Assembly: GCA_963740355.1 (NCBI GenBank)
Contig: CAVUDW010000002.1
Span: forward strand, 512,001 to 576,000
Length of the DNA stretch: 64,000 nucleotides
Direction of reading: 5' to 3'
Origin: an uncultured Gemmatimonadaceae bacterium
Lineage (GTDB): Bacteria > Gemmatimonadota > Gemmatimonadetes > Gemmatimonadales > Gemmatimonadaceae
The notes under the pieces were generated by a model that made no database searches, had not been told where the DNA came from, and saw nothing but the letters and a program-made list of their open reading frames with translations. Positions 9,423 through 19,022 of this stretch are shown here, one piece after another. Every line of letters starts with the position of its first letter. Position 1 is the first letter of the stretch. A program made the position numbers and the translations under genes.

Positions 9423-10940
9423 ATGCACCTGCGTCAGCAATTCCGCGCCCCATTCGGCTGTCTCGTCGTCGGCTGCACCCTGCTGTCGGCACCACTCGAG
9501 GCGCAGCGCTCAGCGCCACTGCCGCGTGTCGCCTCGAAAGCCGAAGTGATCGCGCGTGGCGACTCGCTCGCGCTACCCGGCAAGTGGACGCCGGTGCCTG
9601 GCGACGCCCTCTCGCACTACACGGCTGGATTCGCCACGACCCTCTGCGGTGCCGTCTTCATCACCGGTCTCAAACCGGCCGATGCGGCGGCGAACGTCGG
9701 CTTCTTCACGGGGCCACTCGAGTACCGCGGCGAGGTGAAGGACACCGTCATCGACTACGCCACGCAGACGGTCCGACTCACGCTCAGGAACGGCGTCACG
9801 CGCGTCGCGAAGCGCTATGGCAGTCAGGGCTGCGTGCCGCTGCCAGTCGGTGCCGACTCGGTGTCGTTCATACCATCGGTGGTGACGTCTACGCTGCCTC
9901 CCGCCGCGACGACCCCGTGGCCGATGGGCGATGTGCTGCCCACCACGCCGCTGCCGCGGAACATCGACACCACGCTCCTCGCCCGCGCACTCGACGAAGG
10001 CTTCGGCCCGCCTGAGGCAATGACGTTGGCGTTTGTCGTCACGTACAAGGGTCGGATCATCGGCGAGCGTTATGCGTCCGGCATCACGATCCACACGCCA
10101 CTGGAAAGCTGGTCGATGGGGAAGAGTCTTACCGGGACGCTGGTGGCGCGACTGATCCAGATGGGGACGTACAAGCTCGACCAGCCGGCGCCGTTCCCGG
10201 AGTGGCAGACCCCGGGAGATCCGCGCCAGAAGATCCGCATCATGGACATCATGCGGATGTCGAGTGGTCTCCGGCTGCGCGCGCCGCAGGACCCGGACTA
10301 CGATCCCGCGCTCGGCTATCCGGAGCATCTCTACCTGTACGCCGGATCGGTGAACTCGTATCAGTTCGCGGTGTCGCGCCCGCAGCAGTGGGAACCGGGC
10401 ACTGTCGGCCGTTATCGCAACGTCGATCCAGTGCTGGCGAGTTACCTGGTGCGACTCGGTGTCGAGAAGCGTGGCGAGGACTACCACTCGTTTCCGACCC
10501 GTGCGCTGTTCGACAAGATCGGGATGCGCGACGTCGTAATCTACACCGATCCGTACGGCAACTTCCTCGGTCAGGGTGCCGAAGTGATCGCAGCCCGCGA
10601 CTGGGCTCGGCTGGGCAACCTGTACCTGCAGGATGGCGTGTGGAACGGTGAGCGGTTGCTCCCATCCGGCTATGTGAACTATGCGCGGACGCTGGCGCCG
10701 GGCTGGGTGGCTGATGGCCGACCAGTGTATGGCGGCGGATTCTTCTGGATCAACGGCGACGGCGAGCAGCCGATGCCGCGAACGGCGTATGCGATGCTTG
10801 GCGCTGGCGGTCAAAGCGCCTGGATCGTGCCGTCGCACGACCTCGTGATCGTGCGCATCGGGAAGTACCGGGGCGACGAGGCAGGTGAAGCCGCACGCGA
10901 GAAGGGGACGGCAACCCTTCTGGAAGCGATCCGGAGGTAG
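9423..10940 (+). CDS. Secreted serine hydrolase (beta-lactamase family)
   Basis: SMGK (SxxK), YRN, ARDWARLG and GAGGQ motifs; start inferred. Confidence 0.85.
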   Translation: MHLRQQFRAPFGCLVVGCTLLSAPLEAQRSAPLPRVASKAEVIARGDSLALPGKWTPVPGDALSHYTAGFATTLCGAVFITGLKPADAAANVGFFTGPLEYRGEVKDTVIDYATQTVRLTLRNGVTRVAKRYGSQGCVPLPVGADSVSFIPSVVTSTLPPAATTPWPMGDVLPTTPLPRNIDTTLLARALDEGFGPPEAMTLAFVVTYKGRIIGERYASGITIHTPLESWSMGKSLTGTLVARLIQMGTYKLDQPAPFPEWQTPGDPRQKIRIMDIMRMSSGLRLRAPQDPDYDPALGYPEHLYLYAGSVNSYQFAVSRPQQWEPGTVGRYRNVDPVLASYLVRLGVEKRGEDYHSFPTRALFDKIGMRDVVIYTDPYGNFLGQGAEVIAARDWARLGNLYLQDGVWNGERLLPSGYVNYARTLAPGWVADGRPVYGGGFFWINGDGEQPMPRTAYAMLGAGGQSAWIVPSHDLVIVRIGKYRGDEAGEAAREKGTATLLEAIRR

Positions 10941-11149
10941 GCAGCCCCCAAAGGCGACGGCTGGACGAGCCCCGTAGATCCGGTTTTTCGGGTCCGGCGT
11001 AGTTGAGTACGGTGATGGGAACCGAGGTCTGCCATTGCCGAGCCCCGGGTTCGGGTTCGGCAGCGGATGAGTCGGTTCGCCTGATCCGGCGTCGCTCTAC
11101 TCGCATCCGAGTGGAGACGCTCAACTCACCGTACACGGAGAATCAACCG

Positions 11150-11914
11150 ATGAAGGTTCGTCCTCTCGCTCTCGCCACCCTCGCCCTGGTCGTCGCGCCC
11201 ACTATTGCAGCCGCCCAGATCGTCTCCACCGTGACCGCAACTGCGGCCGCCAAGGAACAGGCCGCCGAGCGTCGCCAACTCCTCGACGCCCGAGTGGACG
11301 CTGCCGCGGCCGTTCGTGCGGCACGACCGGAATCCCGCGAAGCCGCTCCGGAGCGCGGCGCACGTCGCTCGGCAACCGCTTCGGCAGCGTTTGCCGCATC
11401 AGCGACCGAAATGCAGTTCCGTGCAGAGCTTCGCGCCTACCAGCAGGGCTTGAATCACAAGGCGGCTGAATTGCGCGCCGAAGTGCAGGCGGGCACGAAG
11501 ACGTCCGCCGAGATGGCAACCGAGCTGAAGGCCTATCGCGAAGCCAATCGCCCCCAAAATCCCGAGGCATCCACGGAAGGTCAGAAGTCGGCCACTCCGC
11601 CGGCCGATGAGCCGGCGAAGCCGAGCAAGAGTGCGTCCGCAACGTCGCAGAGTTCGGCTGCTGCGACGGGACGTGCCGAGGGTGCGTCAGGTCGCCGTAC
11701 GGTGAATGGTCAGGCCGACGCCAGCGCCACGAATCGTACCTCTGCCGGCCGGAGTGGCGTCACGAGCGAGACAAGCGCATCGGCAACCGCCCGCGCAGGT
11801 GCTCAGTCCACCAAGCCGTCTCCGACGCCCGCAGAAAAGCCGGCAGCCACACCGGAAAAGCCCGCGCCGGCAACGAACACCTCAGGCAAGCCCACCGCGC
11901 ATCAGGAGCGGTGA
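11150..11914 (+). CDS. Secreted helical protein with low-complexity S/A/T/P tail (paralogue of 6140-6556)
   Basis: GGAG RBS, signal peptide, LRAYQQ...AGT...LKAYREANRP. Confidence 0.72.
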   Translation: MKVRPLALATLALVVAPTIAAAQIVSTVTATAAAKEQAAERRQLLDARVDAAAAVRAARPESREAAPERGARRSATASAAFAASATEMQFRAELRAYQQGLNHKAAELRAEVQAGTKTSAEMATELKAYREANRPQNPEASTEGQKSATPPADEPAKPSKSASATSQSSAAATGRAEGASGRRTVNGQADASATNRTSAGRSGVTSETSASATARAGAQSTKPSPTPAEKPAATPEKPAPATNTSGKPTAHQER

Positions 11915-11948
11915 TCCGCAGTCGCGGCATCGCCTACTCGCGCGACAC

Positions 11949-13235
11949 ATGTATCCAACCGCTTTGGCGCGGATGTGCGCCGTCAACGTCGTCTGTGCGA
12001 CGTTGGCGGCGGTACCCGCCCACTCCCTCCATGCGCAGGTGTCCCCGCTGCGCCGTACACCGTCGGTTGACCGCGAAGCGGACAGCGTGATCGCTGCAAT
12101 TCTTGCTGATACCGTCGGCCTCGGCGCATCACGCATGCCCACGGCACGCGCGCGCCAGAGTGTCACGATTCGTCCAGTGAGTCGATCGTATCGCGTCGGC
12201 AACATCGACGCAGCCGAGGCAGGTGTTTACTCCAGCTTCGTGACACGTTATCCACGGGCGACCATCCGCTTCGATGTCACGCCGCTCACCTTTCGTGGCG
12301 ACACGTCAGGCACCACCGGTCGCCCACAGGTTCGGTTCGGTGGTCTGTCACCTGTGTCTGGTCGGATCGACCTGCGCGTGCGCTCAGCCGACACGCTCCG
12401 CTTCTTCGCACAATCGGGATCGACACCTGGCGCGTTGAGCGCGGCAGATGCCCAGGCACTCGGTGCCGTCGGCACCAGCACGATCGACCTCGATGCGGCC
12501 ACGCTGGGAATCGCGCCGCGCATCGGCACCCGGTACGCGCTCACGCAGGCGATCGGCACCAGTGGAGTTGCGCTGTCATTGCGCGGTGGGCTCGAGTACG
12601 ACCCGAAGCCGCGTGGTAGCGACGCGGTGAGCTGGCGCGGCACGACGGTTCGTGGCGGTGTGGGGCTCTCAGGCACGTCGGTCAGCACGACGGGTGGTGC
12701 GTTGGTGGAAGTCACACAGAGTTTTGCGGATTCGCTTGCCGGTCGCAATCTCTTTCCGGGCGGCGGATCGCTGAATGTCGAAGCTCGCCTGCTGCGGTTG
12801 ATGGGCGCTGACGGCGGTGGCCTGTTCGCGCTGAACACCTTCTACTCGCGGCCGCTCAGCATTCAGCGTCAGAATGTGAAAACTCGGTTGCTCCCGATCG
12901 GTGACTTCATGGGTGCGACCGCAGCAGGTGCCCTGCCGATCGGTCGGTTCTCGCTCCTGCCAACGGTCACGGTCCTGCGTGAGTCGAGCCGATCGCAAAG
13001 CACGAGCGGCGGGACGACCACACGGCGCGAGGCCAGTGGCTCGACACTGGTGACGGCGATGGGCATGGCAATTCCACTTGGCCGGCACCTGACGCTGACG
13101 CCGGAGGGAGGCGCGGCTTTTGGTTCGGTGGGCCAGACTTCAACGTCACCATCGGTGATCGGGAACCGGCGGCAGTCGTTTCGCGACAGCATTCGCGGTC
13201 GCTACCTCACACTGGAGATTTCACTGCGGGAGTGA
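11949..13235 (+). CDS. Putative outer-membrane beta-barrel protein (paralogue of 6597-7901)
   Basis: Shares GTSTIDLDA, EYDPKP, VSWRGTTVRGGVGLS, NLFPGGG and PIGDF with 6597-7901; start uncertain. Confidence 0.65.
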   Translation: MYPTALARMCAVNVVCATLAAVPAHSLHAQVSPLRRTPSVDREADSVIAAILADTVGLGASRMPTARARQSVTIRPVSRSYRVGNIDAAEAGVYSSFVTRYPRATIRFDVTPLTFRGDTSGTTGRPQVRFGGLSPVSGRIDLRVRSADTLRFFAQSGSTPGALSAADAQALGAVGTSTIDLDAATLGIAPRIGTRYALTQAIGTSGVALSLRGGLEYDPKPRGSDAVSWRGTTVRGGVGLSGTSVSTTGGALVEVTQSFADSLAGRNLFPGGGSLNVEARLLRLMGADGGGLFALNTFYSRPLSIQRQNVKTRLLPIGDFMGATAAGALPIGRFSLLPTVTVLRESSRSQSTSGGTTTRREASGSTLVTAMGMAIPLGRHLTLTPEGGAAFGSVGQTSTSPSVIGNRRQSFRDSIRGRYLTLEISLRE

Positions 13236-13400
13236 TCCGTGACTGACGGGTTCTCGGTTTACGGAACTCAACATCCGGAAGGTCACGGTGCCCGGGTGAC
13301 CGCGTTGCATGGCTCCGCGCGGTCGCTCGCTCGAGGGCAGGATTCGTCGTAGCTTTGCGGCTGTGGTCAAATCTTTGCCCTCCCCTCCGTCGAGCGCGAA

Positions 13401-14624
13401 ATGATGCACCGTTCGCCTGTCCTCATGCGCTGCGGGATTCTTTTCGCTGCCAGCGTTGCGCTGGTCCGAGCGGCTGGCGCGCAGTCGCCGCCGCGCCAGA
13501 CGGAGTCGGATGCCTGGACGCGCTACGAGCTGCTCGCGCCCGGCTCCGCAAAATTCCGCATCATCTACGAAGTCACCGCCACGACTGCCGGTGCGGTGTA
13601 CTACTTCAATCCGATCCGACAGGGCAGTATCGCGACGGATGAAAGCGTCGTCGATCGCGCCACGGGCAAGCCGCTGCCGTTCGAGGTGGTGGGGGCCACG
13701 GAAGCGCGTGCTGGTGGTGTGCGCGGTGATAGCCTGCAGACGTATATCCGTGTGAAGCTTGCGAGGCCGGTGCCAGCGGACGGCGGCGAACAGCGGGTGC
13801 TGATCCTCAAGACGTATCAGGACGCCGCGTCGTACTTCGCTCGCGGTGATACGATCGTCTTCACGAGGCCACTCGGCATCAAGCGAAACGTGATCGTGCT
13901 GCCGGCCGGCTATGAGCTGGTGTCGTCAGCCTTCCCGTCGCAGGTGCTGCAGGAAGCCGACGGTCGCCTTGCGCTGAGTTTCTGGAACGCGACGCCCTCC
14001 GAGGCGGCTGTCACCATCCGCGCGGTACCGGCCAGGAATGTGCGGCCCAACACGTCGAGTGTCGCTGCGCGACTGGTCGAGCGTTCACACCAGGACCGTG
14101 AGATCGTGTATTTCCTGCAGCAGCCGGAGACGCACGCCTTCGACCTGTACCACGACTACACTGAATCGCGACCAGGCACGAGCACCTATCTCAATGTGGT
14201 GCGCGCCGGCAGCACCGTCTCGAATCCCCGGGCCATGAATCTCGATACTGGCCAGCCGCTGGTGTTCGAGACACTGAAGGGTGATGCGGTCACGAAGGCG
14301 GGCCTGAGCGTTCCGGACCTGACGCCACAGACGGAAGTGGTCGTCTTTCGTTTTCCGCCCGTCGCCGCTGGAACGTCGGTACGACTGCGCATGTTCGAGA
14401 CCTACACCGATCCCGCGCGTTACACCGTCGTGAACGACGAACTGGTCTGGGATAGAAGCTTTGGCCGTCCGGCAAATGCCGTCGTGCTGCCATCGGGCTG
14501 GTTGCTGACCAACAGCACGGTGCCGGCAACAGTCAGTACGCTGCCCGACGGACGTGTGCGACTCGACTTCATCAATCCCCGCGCGGATGAAATTGGTGTG
14601 CTGATCACCGCGCGGCGCCGGTAA
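13401..14624 (+). CDS. Secreted hypothetical protein with two internally duplicated beta-rich domains
   Basis: TYQD...VLPAGYEL...DGRLALSFWN versus TYTD...VLPSGWLL...DGRVRLDFIN. Confidence 0.72.
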   Translation: MMHRSPVLMRCGILFAASVALVRAAGAQSPPRQTESDAWTRYELLAPGSAKFRIIYEVTATTAGAVYYFNPIRQGSIATDESVVDRATGKPLPFEVVGATEARAGGVRGDSLQTYIRVKLARPVPADGGEQRVLILKTYQDAASYFARGDTIVFTRPLGIKRNVIVLPAGYELVSSAFPSQVLQEADGRLALSFWNATPSEAAVTIRAVPARNVRPNTSSVAARLVERSHQDREIVYFLQQPETHAFDLYHDYTESRPGTSTYLNVVRAGSTVSNPRAMNLDTGQPLVFETLKGDAVTKAGLSVPDLTPQTEVVVFRFPPVAAGTSVRLRMFETYTDPARYTVVNDELVWDRSFGRPANAVVLPSGWLLTNSTVPATVSTLPDGRVRLDFINPRADEIGVLITARRR

Positions 14625-14645
14625 GTTGGTGCCTCGCAAACGCCG

Positions 14646-15404
14646 CTAGCGGACGGACAGGCGCGGGTCGAGTCGCAGGATCATCGTCTTCCTCGCAGCG
14701 ATCAAGCCACTGTAAGACTTGTTGAACCCAGCCGTGCGCACGCGATCCTGGTACCGTTGCCAGTCGCCAAGATTCTGGATGCCGAAGACCCGGACGTAGT
14801 CCCAACCATCAGCGACCAGCATCCGCCCGGTTTCCGACCAACCGAACGACCGCGTCGACTGTTCGAAGGGCCGCACCGCATTCTTCAGCGCGACCTCGAA
14901 GCTGGCCTGCGCACCGGGTGCGAGACGGATGTACTCGAACACTGTGAGGGTCGCCGAGTCGGATGCACTGTCGCTCAGCATCGGGATCATCTCGACGAAC
15001 TGATCGTGATGCGACTGCGTCATCGCTGAGAGTGTCCCGTACAGCGCCAGTGCGGATTTGCCCGAGGCACCCGGGCGGCGCAACCCCTCGTTCGCCGCGT
15101 CCATGCCCGCCATGTTGTCGTAGGAGCTGATCACGACCAGGTCGAGTGGTTCCGGACTCTCCGTCTCCCGATACGCACGAAACTGGCGCATCGCCGGGAT
15201 GTCAGCGTAGATCGGCTTCAACTGTTGCTCGTAGATCGCCATCGCCTCTGCGCTTCTTCCCGGCTGAAAGAGGAAGGTCACGATCTGGCGCACGTTGCTC
15301 GGCGGGAATGTCACTTGCGCCGAGACTGTGCGTGGCGCGCTGACGAGCAGCAGCCCCGCAAGAAGGAACGCGGAGCTCCGCTGGCAGAGGTGTCGCGTCG
15401 TCAC
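14646..15404 (-). CDS. Secreted protein with tandem NIPSNAP-like/dimeric alpha-beta barrel domains
   Basis: GTG start overlaps the matC stop (GTGA); signal peptide; two FQPG/LAPG repeats. Confidence 0.55.
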   Translation of the reverse strand: MTTRHLCQRSSAFLLAGLLLVSAPRTVSAQVTFPPSNVRQIVTFLFQPGRSAEAMAIYEQQLKPIYADIPAMRQFRAYRETESPEPLDLVVISSYDNMAGMDAANEGLRRPGASGKSALALYGTLSAMTQSHHDQFVEMIPMLSDSASDSATLTVFEYIRLAPGAQASFEVALKNAVRPFEQSTRSFGWSETGRMLVADGWDYVRVFGIQNLGDWQRYQDRVRTAGFNKSYSGLIAARKTMILRLDPRLSVR

Positions 15405-16645
15405 GAGAAGAATCCGATGAATAGCTGGCAGAACAGGGCACCGGCGAGCGTCATGGAGAATCCCCACAGCAGTAGCTGGCGAAACAGCTTCTTCGCGTCG
15501 TCGCTGCCCTGCGGCAAGGCGGCGATGCAGAGCGCACCGATGGTGGAGAGTGGCGACACATCGACCAGTGCCGCGCCAACGTTGATGCTCATCGCCACCT
15601 GCAGGGCATCACCGCCGCCGAGCTTCTGCACCAGCCCCGGCACGGCGGGAATGAATGCTGGATAGACCACGCCCGACGTCGAGCTGTAGGTCGAGATCAG
15701 CCCCGTAATTCCTGCGATCGCGCCATTCACGGTGGTCGGTGTGGCGATGCGTGCGAGGAGCGTCGTGAACAAGTCCATGCCGCCCGTCTTTTCCAGCACG
15801 CCGATCAGCACGCTCACACCGCAGACCATCAGGATCACGGCCCACGGGATCTGTTTCACCGAAGCCGCATCATCGCCGAGGCCGGAGAGGATCAGCAGGC
15901 TGGCAGCCACAAAGGCGGACAGGCCGGGGTTGAGCTTGAACACCACGACGGCCAACACCCACAGCGCAATGATGCCGATCGTGCTCCAGTGTCGCGACGT
16001 GAGCGGCTTCGGTTCGCTCAGCAATTCAACACTGCCCGCCTTCAGCAGCGCAGGGCCTCCGAACAGAAACCATGCCGCCAGTGATGCCAGTGCATGCGCA
16101 GTAAAGTTTGCACTCCAGACTCCCCACAGATGTCCTTCGAGCCCGATCTTCGCCATCGAGCTGTGCACGATTACACCAACCGCACTGATGGGAGAGAGGT
16201 TGCCGGCGTTGGCGCCGTTGCCGACCATCAGTGCCGCCAGAAACACCGGCATGCGCGCTTGCACGGCGATGCCCATTGCAATCGGTGCCAGCAGCGCCGT
16301 GGCCGAGATGGCGCCGGGGCCTGCCGTTGACAGTGCGCACGCCATCAGAAAGAACAACAAGGGCAACGCCGCCGCGCGTCCACGAAGCAGCGTGACGGTG
16401 GATTGCGCGAGCGCGTCCATCGTGCCGTTGGCCTGTGCGACGCCGAACAACACACTGACGCCGACCAGCGTCAGGAACAGCGTGCTGGGGAAGGTGGACA
16501 TGACCGCATCGACCTTCCAGTGCGCCGCGAAGATCGCGATCGGCCACGCCAGCGCGACGGCAAGAACACCGACGTTGATGCGCGAGGTGAGGCTGCCTGC
16601 GATCACCAGCAGCAGTGCCAGCAAGGAGAGGAGTGCGGGACTCAT
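15401..16645 (-). CDS. matC: MatC-like dicarboxylate (malonate) carrier, ion-transporter superfamily
   Basis: Multi-TM protein, INVGVLA N-terminus, two SP(I/L)S motifs; directly follows matB. Confidence 0.65.
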   Translation of the reverse strand: MSPALLSLLALLLVIAGSLTSRINVGVLAVALAWPIAIFAAHWKVDAVMSTFPSTLFLTLVGVSVLFGVAQANGTMDALAQSTVTLLRGRAAALPLLFFLMACALSTAGPGAISATALLAPIAMGIAVQARMPVFLAALMVGNGANAGNLSPISAVGVIVHSSMAKIGLEGHLWGVWSANFTAHALASLAAWFLFGGPALLKAGSVELLSEPKPLTSRHWSTIGIIALWVLAVVVFKLNPGLSAFVAASLLILSGLGDDAASVKQIPWAVILMVCGVSVLIGVLEKTGGMDLFTTLLARIATPTTVNGAIAGITGLISTYSSTSGVVYPAFIPAVPGLVQKLGGGDALQVAMSINVGAALVDVSPLSTIGALCIAALPQGSDDAKKLFRQLLLWGFSMTLAGALFCQLFIGFFS

Positions 16646-16646
16646 C

Positions 16647-18137
16647 TCAGGGCGCTGGCGGCAGCAGGTGTTTCTGCACCTTGCCCAGCGCGGTGCGCGG
16701 GAGCGTGTCGATCCGGACGAATGCGCGGGGAATCTTGAAGGAGGCGAGCTGTGTTCGCAGGTGTGCCTCGAGCGCACTCGCGTCGATGTCGGCGTCGCAC
16801 ACGATGTAGGCTACCGGTACTTCGCCCCGTGACGGGTCCGGGCGTCCGACCACGGTGGCTTCACGGATGCCCGGTTGCTCGAGCAGCAGTTCCTCGATCT
16901 CACGAGGGTAAATGTTGAATCCCCCCGAGATGATCAGCTCACTGCGCCGGCCTTCGAGGGTGATGTACCCATCGGCTGCACGCACGCCGATGTCGCCGGT
17001 GTGAAACCAGCCGTCGGCAAACGCCGTCGCGTTGGCGTCGGGGCGATTCCAGTATCCGCTGCATACGTTTGGCCCCCGCACCCACAACTCACCGCTGGTG
17101 CCATCCGGAACATCGGTGCCACCCTCACTCACGATGCGAACGGAGGTGAGCGAAAGCGGCAACCCGACGGTGCCAGCCCGGCGCTCGCCGACGTAGGGAT
17201 TGCTGACGTTCATCAGCGTCTCGGTCATGCCGTAGCGCTCGAGGATCACATGGCCGAAACGGACCTGAAACGCCTCCAGCACATGCGCGGGTAGCGGAGC
17301 GGAGCCGCAGACGAACAGGCGCGCGTGGTCGCCGATCGTGCGCGCCGTCTCCCCGGCCAGATCCAGCAGGCGGATGTACATCGTCGGCACGCCGAAGAAG
17401 ACGCTCGGTTTGTAGGCGGAGAACAGCTCTGCCGCCTTCGACGCCTCGAAACGCGCCACCAGCTTCATGTGGCAGCCGCTCAGGAGCCAGCAGTGCAGGG
17501 AATTGCCCAGCCCGTGCACGTGAAACAACGGCAGTGCGGTCAGCAGCCGATCGTCGTGGTGCATCGCCCAGCAGGCATTCAGCACCAGCGCATTGCTGGC
17601 AAAGTTTCCGTGCGTAAGGATCGCGCCTTTGGACGCACCGGTCGTTCCCGATGTGTAGACCAGCGCGAGCGGCGTTTCCGCGCCACAAACCGTCGTGTCT
17701 ACGACACTCGGGCGACCATGCGTCGAATCATGTGCGAGCGACTCCCGGGCCAGCACCCCTACATCCCATCCCGGCACTCCAGCTGGAAGATCCGGCATCC
17801 GGTCGGGGGTCGTGATCACGGCAGTCGGGGCTGAATCACCGACGATGTGTGCAATCTCGCGCGACTGATAGAGCACGTTGATCGGCACCACGATCACGCC
17901 CAGCTTCACACAGGCCAGCCACAGATCGATGATCTCGACCCGGTTCGTGAGCAGGAAGGCCAGGCGGTCACCCTGCGACAGCCCGCGATCGTGCAGCGCT
18001 CGTGCCCAGCGATTGCTTCGGTGCTCCAGTTGGCCGAAGGTGAACGATTCGGTCGTTCCGTCCGGCGTGTCGGCATCGAGTGCCACACGATCGGCGGCGC
18101 CGAGCAGGGTGTGATCGAGGAGAGTGAGCAGCGACAC
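16647..18137 (-). CDS. matB: Malonyl-CoA synthetase-like acyl-CoA ligase
   Basis: YTSGTTGASKG, LPLFHVHGL, GVPTMY, ERYGMTET, GKVQK. Confidence 0.75.
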   Translation of the reverse strand: MSLLTLLDHTLLGAADRVALDADTPDGTTESFTFGQLEHRSNRWARALHDRGLSQGDRLAFLLTNRVEIIDLWLACVKLGVIVVPINVLYQSREIAHIVGDSAPTAVITTPDRMPDLPAGVPGWDVGVLARESLAHDSTHGRPSVVDTTVCGAETPLALVYTSGTTGASKGAILTHGNFASNALVLNACWAMHHDDRLLTALPLFHVHGLGNSLHCWLLSGCHMKLVARFEASKAAELFSAYKPSVFFGVPTMYIRLLDLAGETARTIGDHARLFVCGSAPLPAHVLEAFQVRFGHVILERYGMTETLMNVSNPYVGERRAGTVGLPLSLTSVRIVSEGGTDVPDGTSGELWVRGPNVCSGYWNRPDANATAFADGWFHTGDIGVRAADGYITLEGRRSELIISGGFNIYPREIEELLLEQPGIREATVVGRPDPSRGEVPVAYIVCDADIDASALEAHLRTQLASFKIPRAFVRIDTLPRTALGKVQKHLLPPAP

Positions 18138-18339
18138 GTCTGGTCCGTGGGGTGGCTCGAAGGCTGGAGCGCGCAAGGGGCATGGCGAACGATCGCGCGA
18201 CGTGCCACACGATACCGCCGTTGCGCCTGCTTGGATACTCGCAGGGCTGCGCGGCGTGCTCCATCTTTCTGGGGTGAGTGCCGATGCGTGACGCACATGT
18301 CAGCGCACAGCCCTTCGGCGTCAGCCTGCGGAGCGCGAT

Positions 18340-18684
18340 GTGAAGCGACGATGGATTCGAGAGCGATTCACGGTGGCTGGTGTGCTCGTGCTCGGCGTGG
18401 CGGTCGGATGCCGATCGAGCCGCAGTACCATCGGCACGCCACTTCGTGGAACCCCGCCGACGATATCGTACTCCTGCGGCTCGACGCTCTCACTCCGCGT
18501 TCGGATCGACGCCACCAGCGCCACGATCACCGCCGACGGCGAGGGCCCCTTCACCCTGCCGCAGTCATCCGGGCGAGCGGATTTCACGGTCTATTCCGAT
18601 GACGTCCGTGTGTTGCAGATCTATCGTGGGGAGACATCGTATGGCCTGGTCAGGCGCGTGCTGCATCCCTGTACGCCGGCCTGA
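18340..18684 (+). CDS. Small putative lipoprotein
   Basis: Hydrophobic leader ending VGC; fills the gap between flanking genes. Confidence 0.5.
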   Translation: MKRRWIRERFTVAGVLVLGVAVGCRSSRSTIGTPLRGTPPTISYSCGSTLSLRVRIDATSATITADGEGPFTLPQSSGRADFTVYSDDVRVLQIYRGETSYGLVRRVLHPCTPA

Positions 18685-18712
18685 CAGTCGAGAGTGCTCC
18701 GCCGGCGAGCGG

Positions 18713-18991
18713 CTACTTGAGCAGCGGCAGGAAGAAGAACGCTGCGGCCACAATCGCGATCGCGATCACACCGAACCACGCGACTCGCGAAAGCCCAGTG
18801 CTCGCACCGCGATCCGTACCGCCGACGAGCGTTGGCATGTTTCCGTCCGCCCACGCCTCGACCGCGTCCTTCGCTTCCTTCAACCCCATGCCCGTTCGCT
18901 CGCGCAGGATCTTGATCGCCTCGATCTTTTCTCCGCGCTGCACAGCGGCTATCACATTCGCAGGCAACGGCTCGTGCATCTCGGTGGGCAT
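18713..18991 (-). CDS. Ribosomal L7/L12 C-terminal-like domain protein with C-terminal TM helix
   Basis: KIEAIKILRERTGMGLKEAKDAVE followed by a hydrophobic tail. Confidence 0.7.
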   Translation of the reverse strand: MPTEMHEPLPANVIAAVQRGEKIEAIKILRERTGMGLKEAKDAVEAWADGNMPTLVGGTDRGASTGLSRVAWFGVIAIAIVAAAFFFLPLLK

Positions 18992-19022
18992 CGAACGGAC
19001 TCCTGATGGAAGAGACGAGCGT

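Noticed and set aside
18713..18991. Genuine rplL
   Set aside because: It lacks the N-terminal dimerisation domain, has a TM tail and is not in an rplJ/rpoB context.
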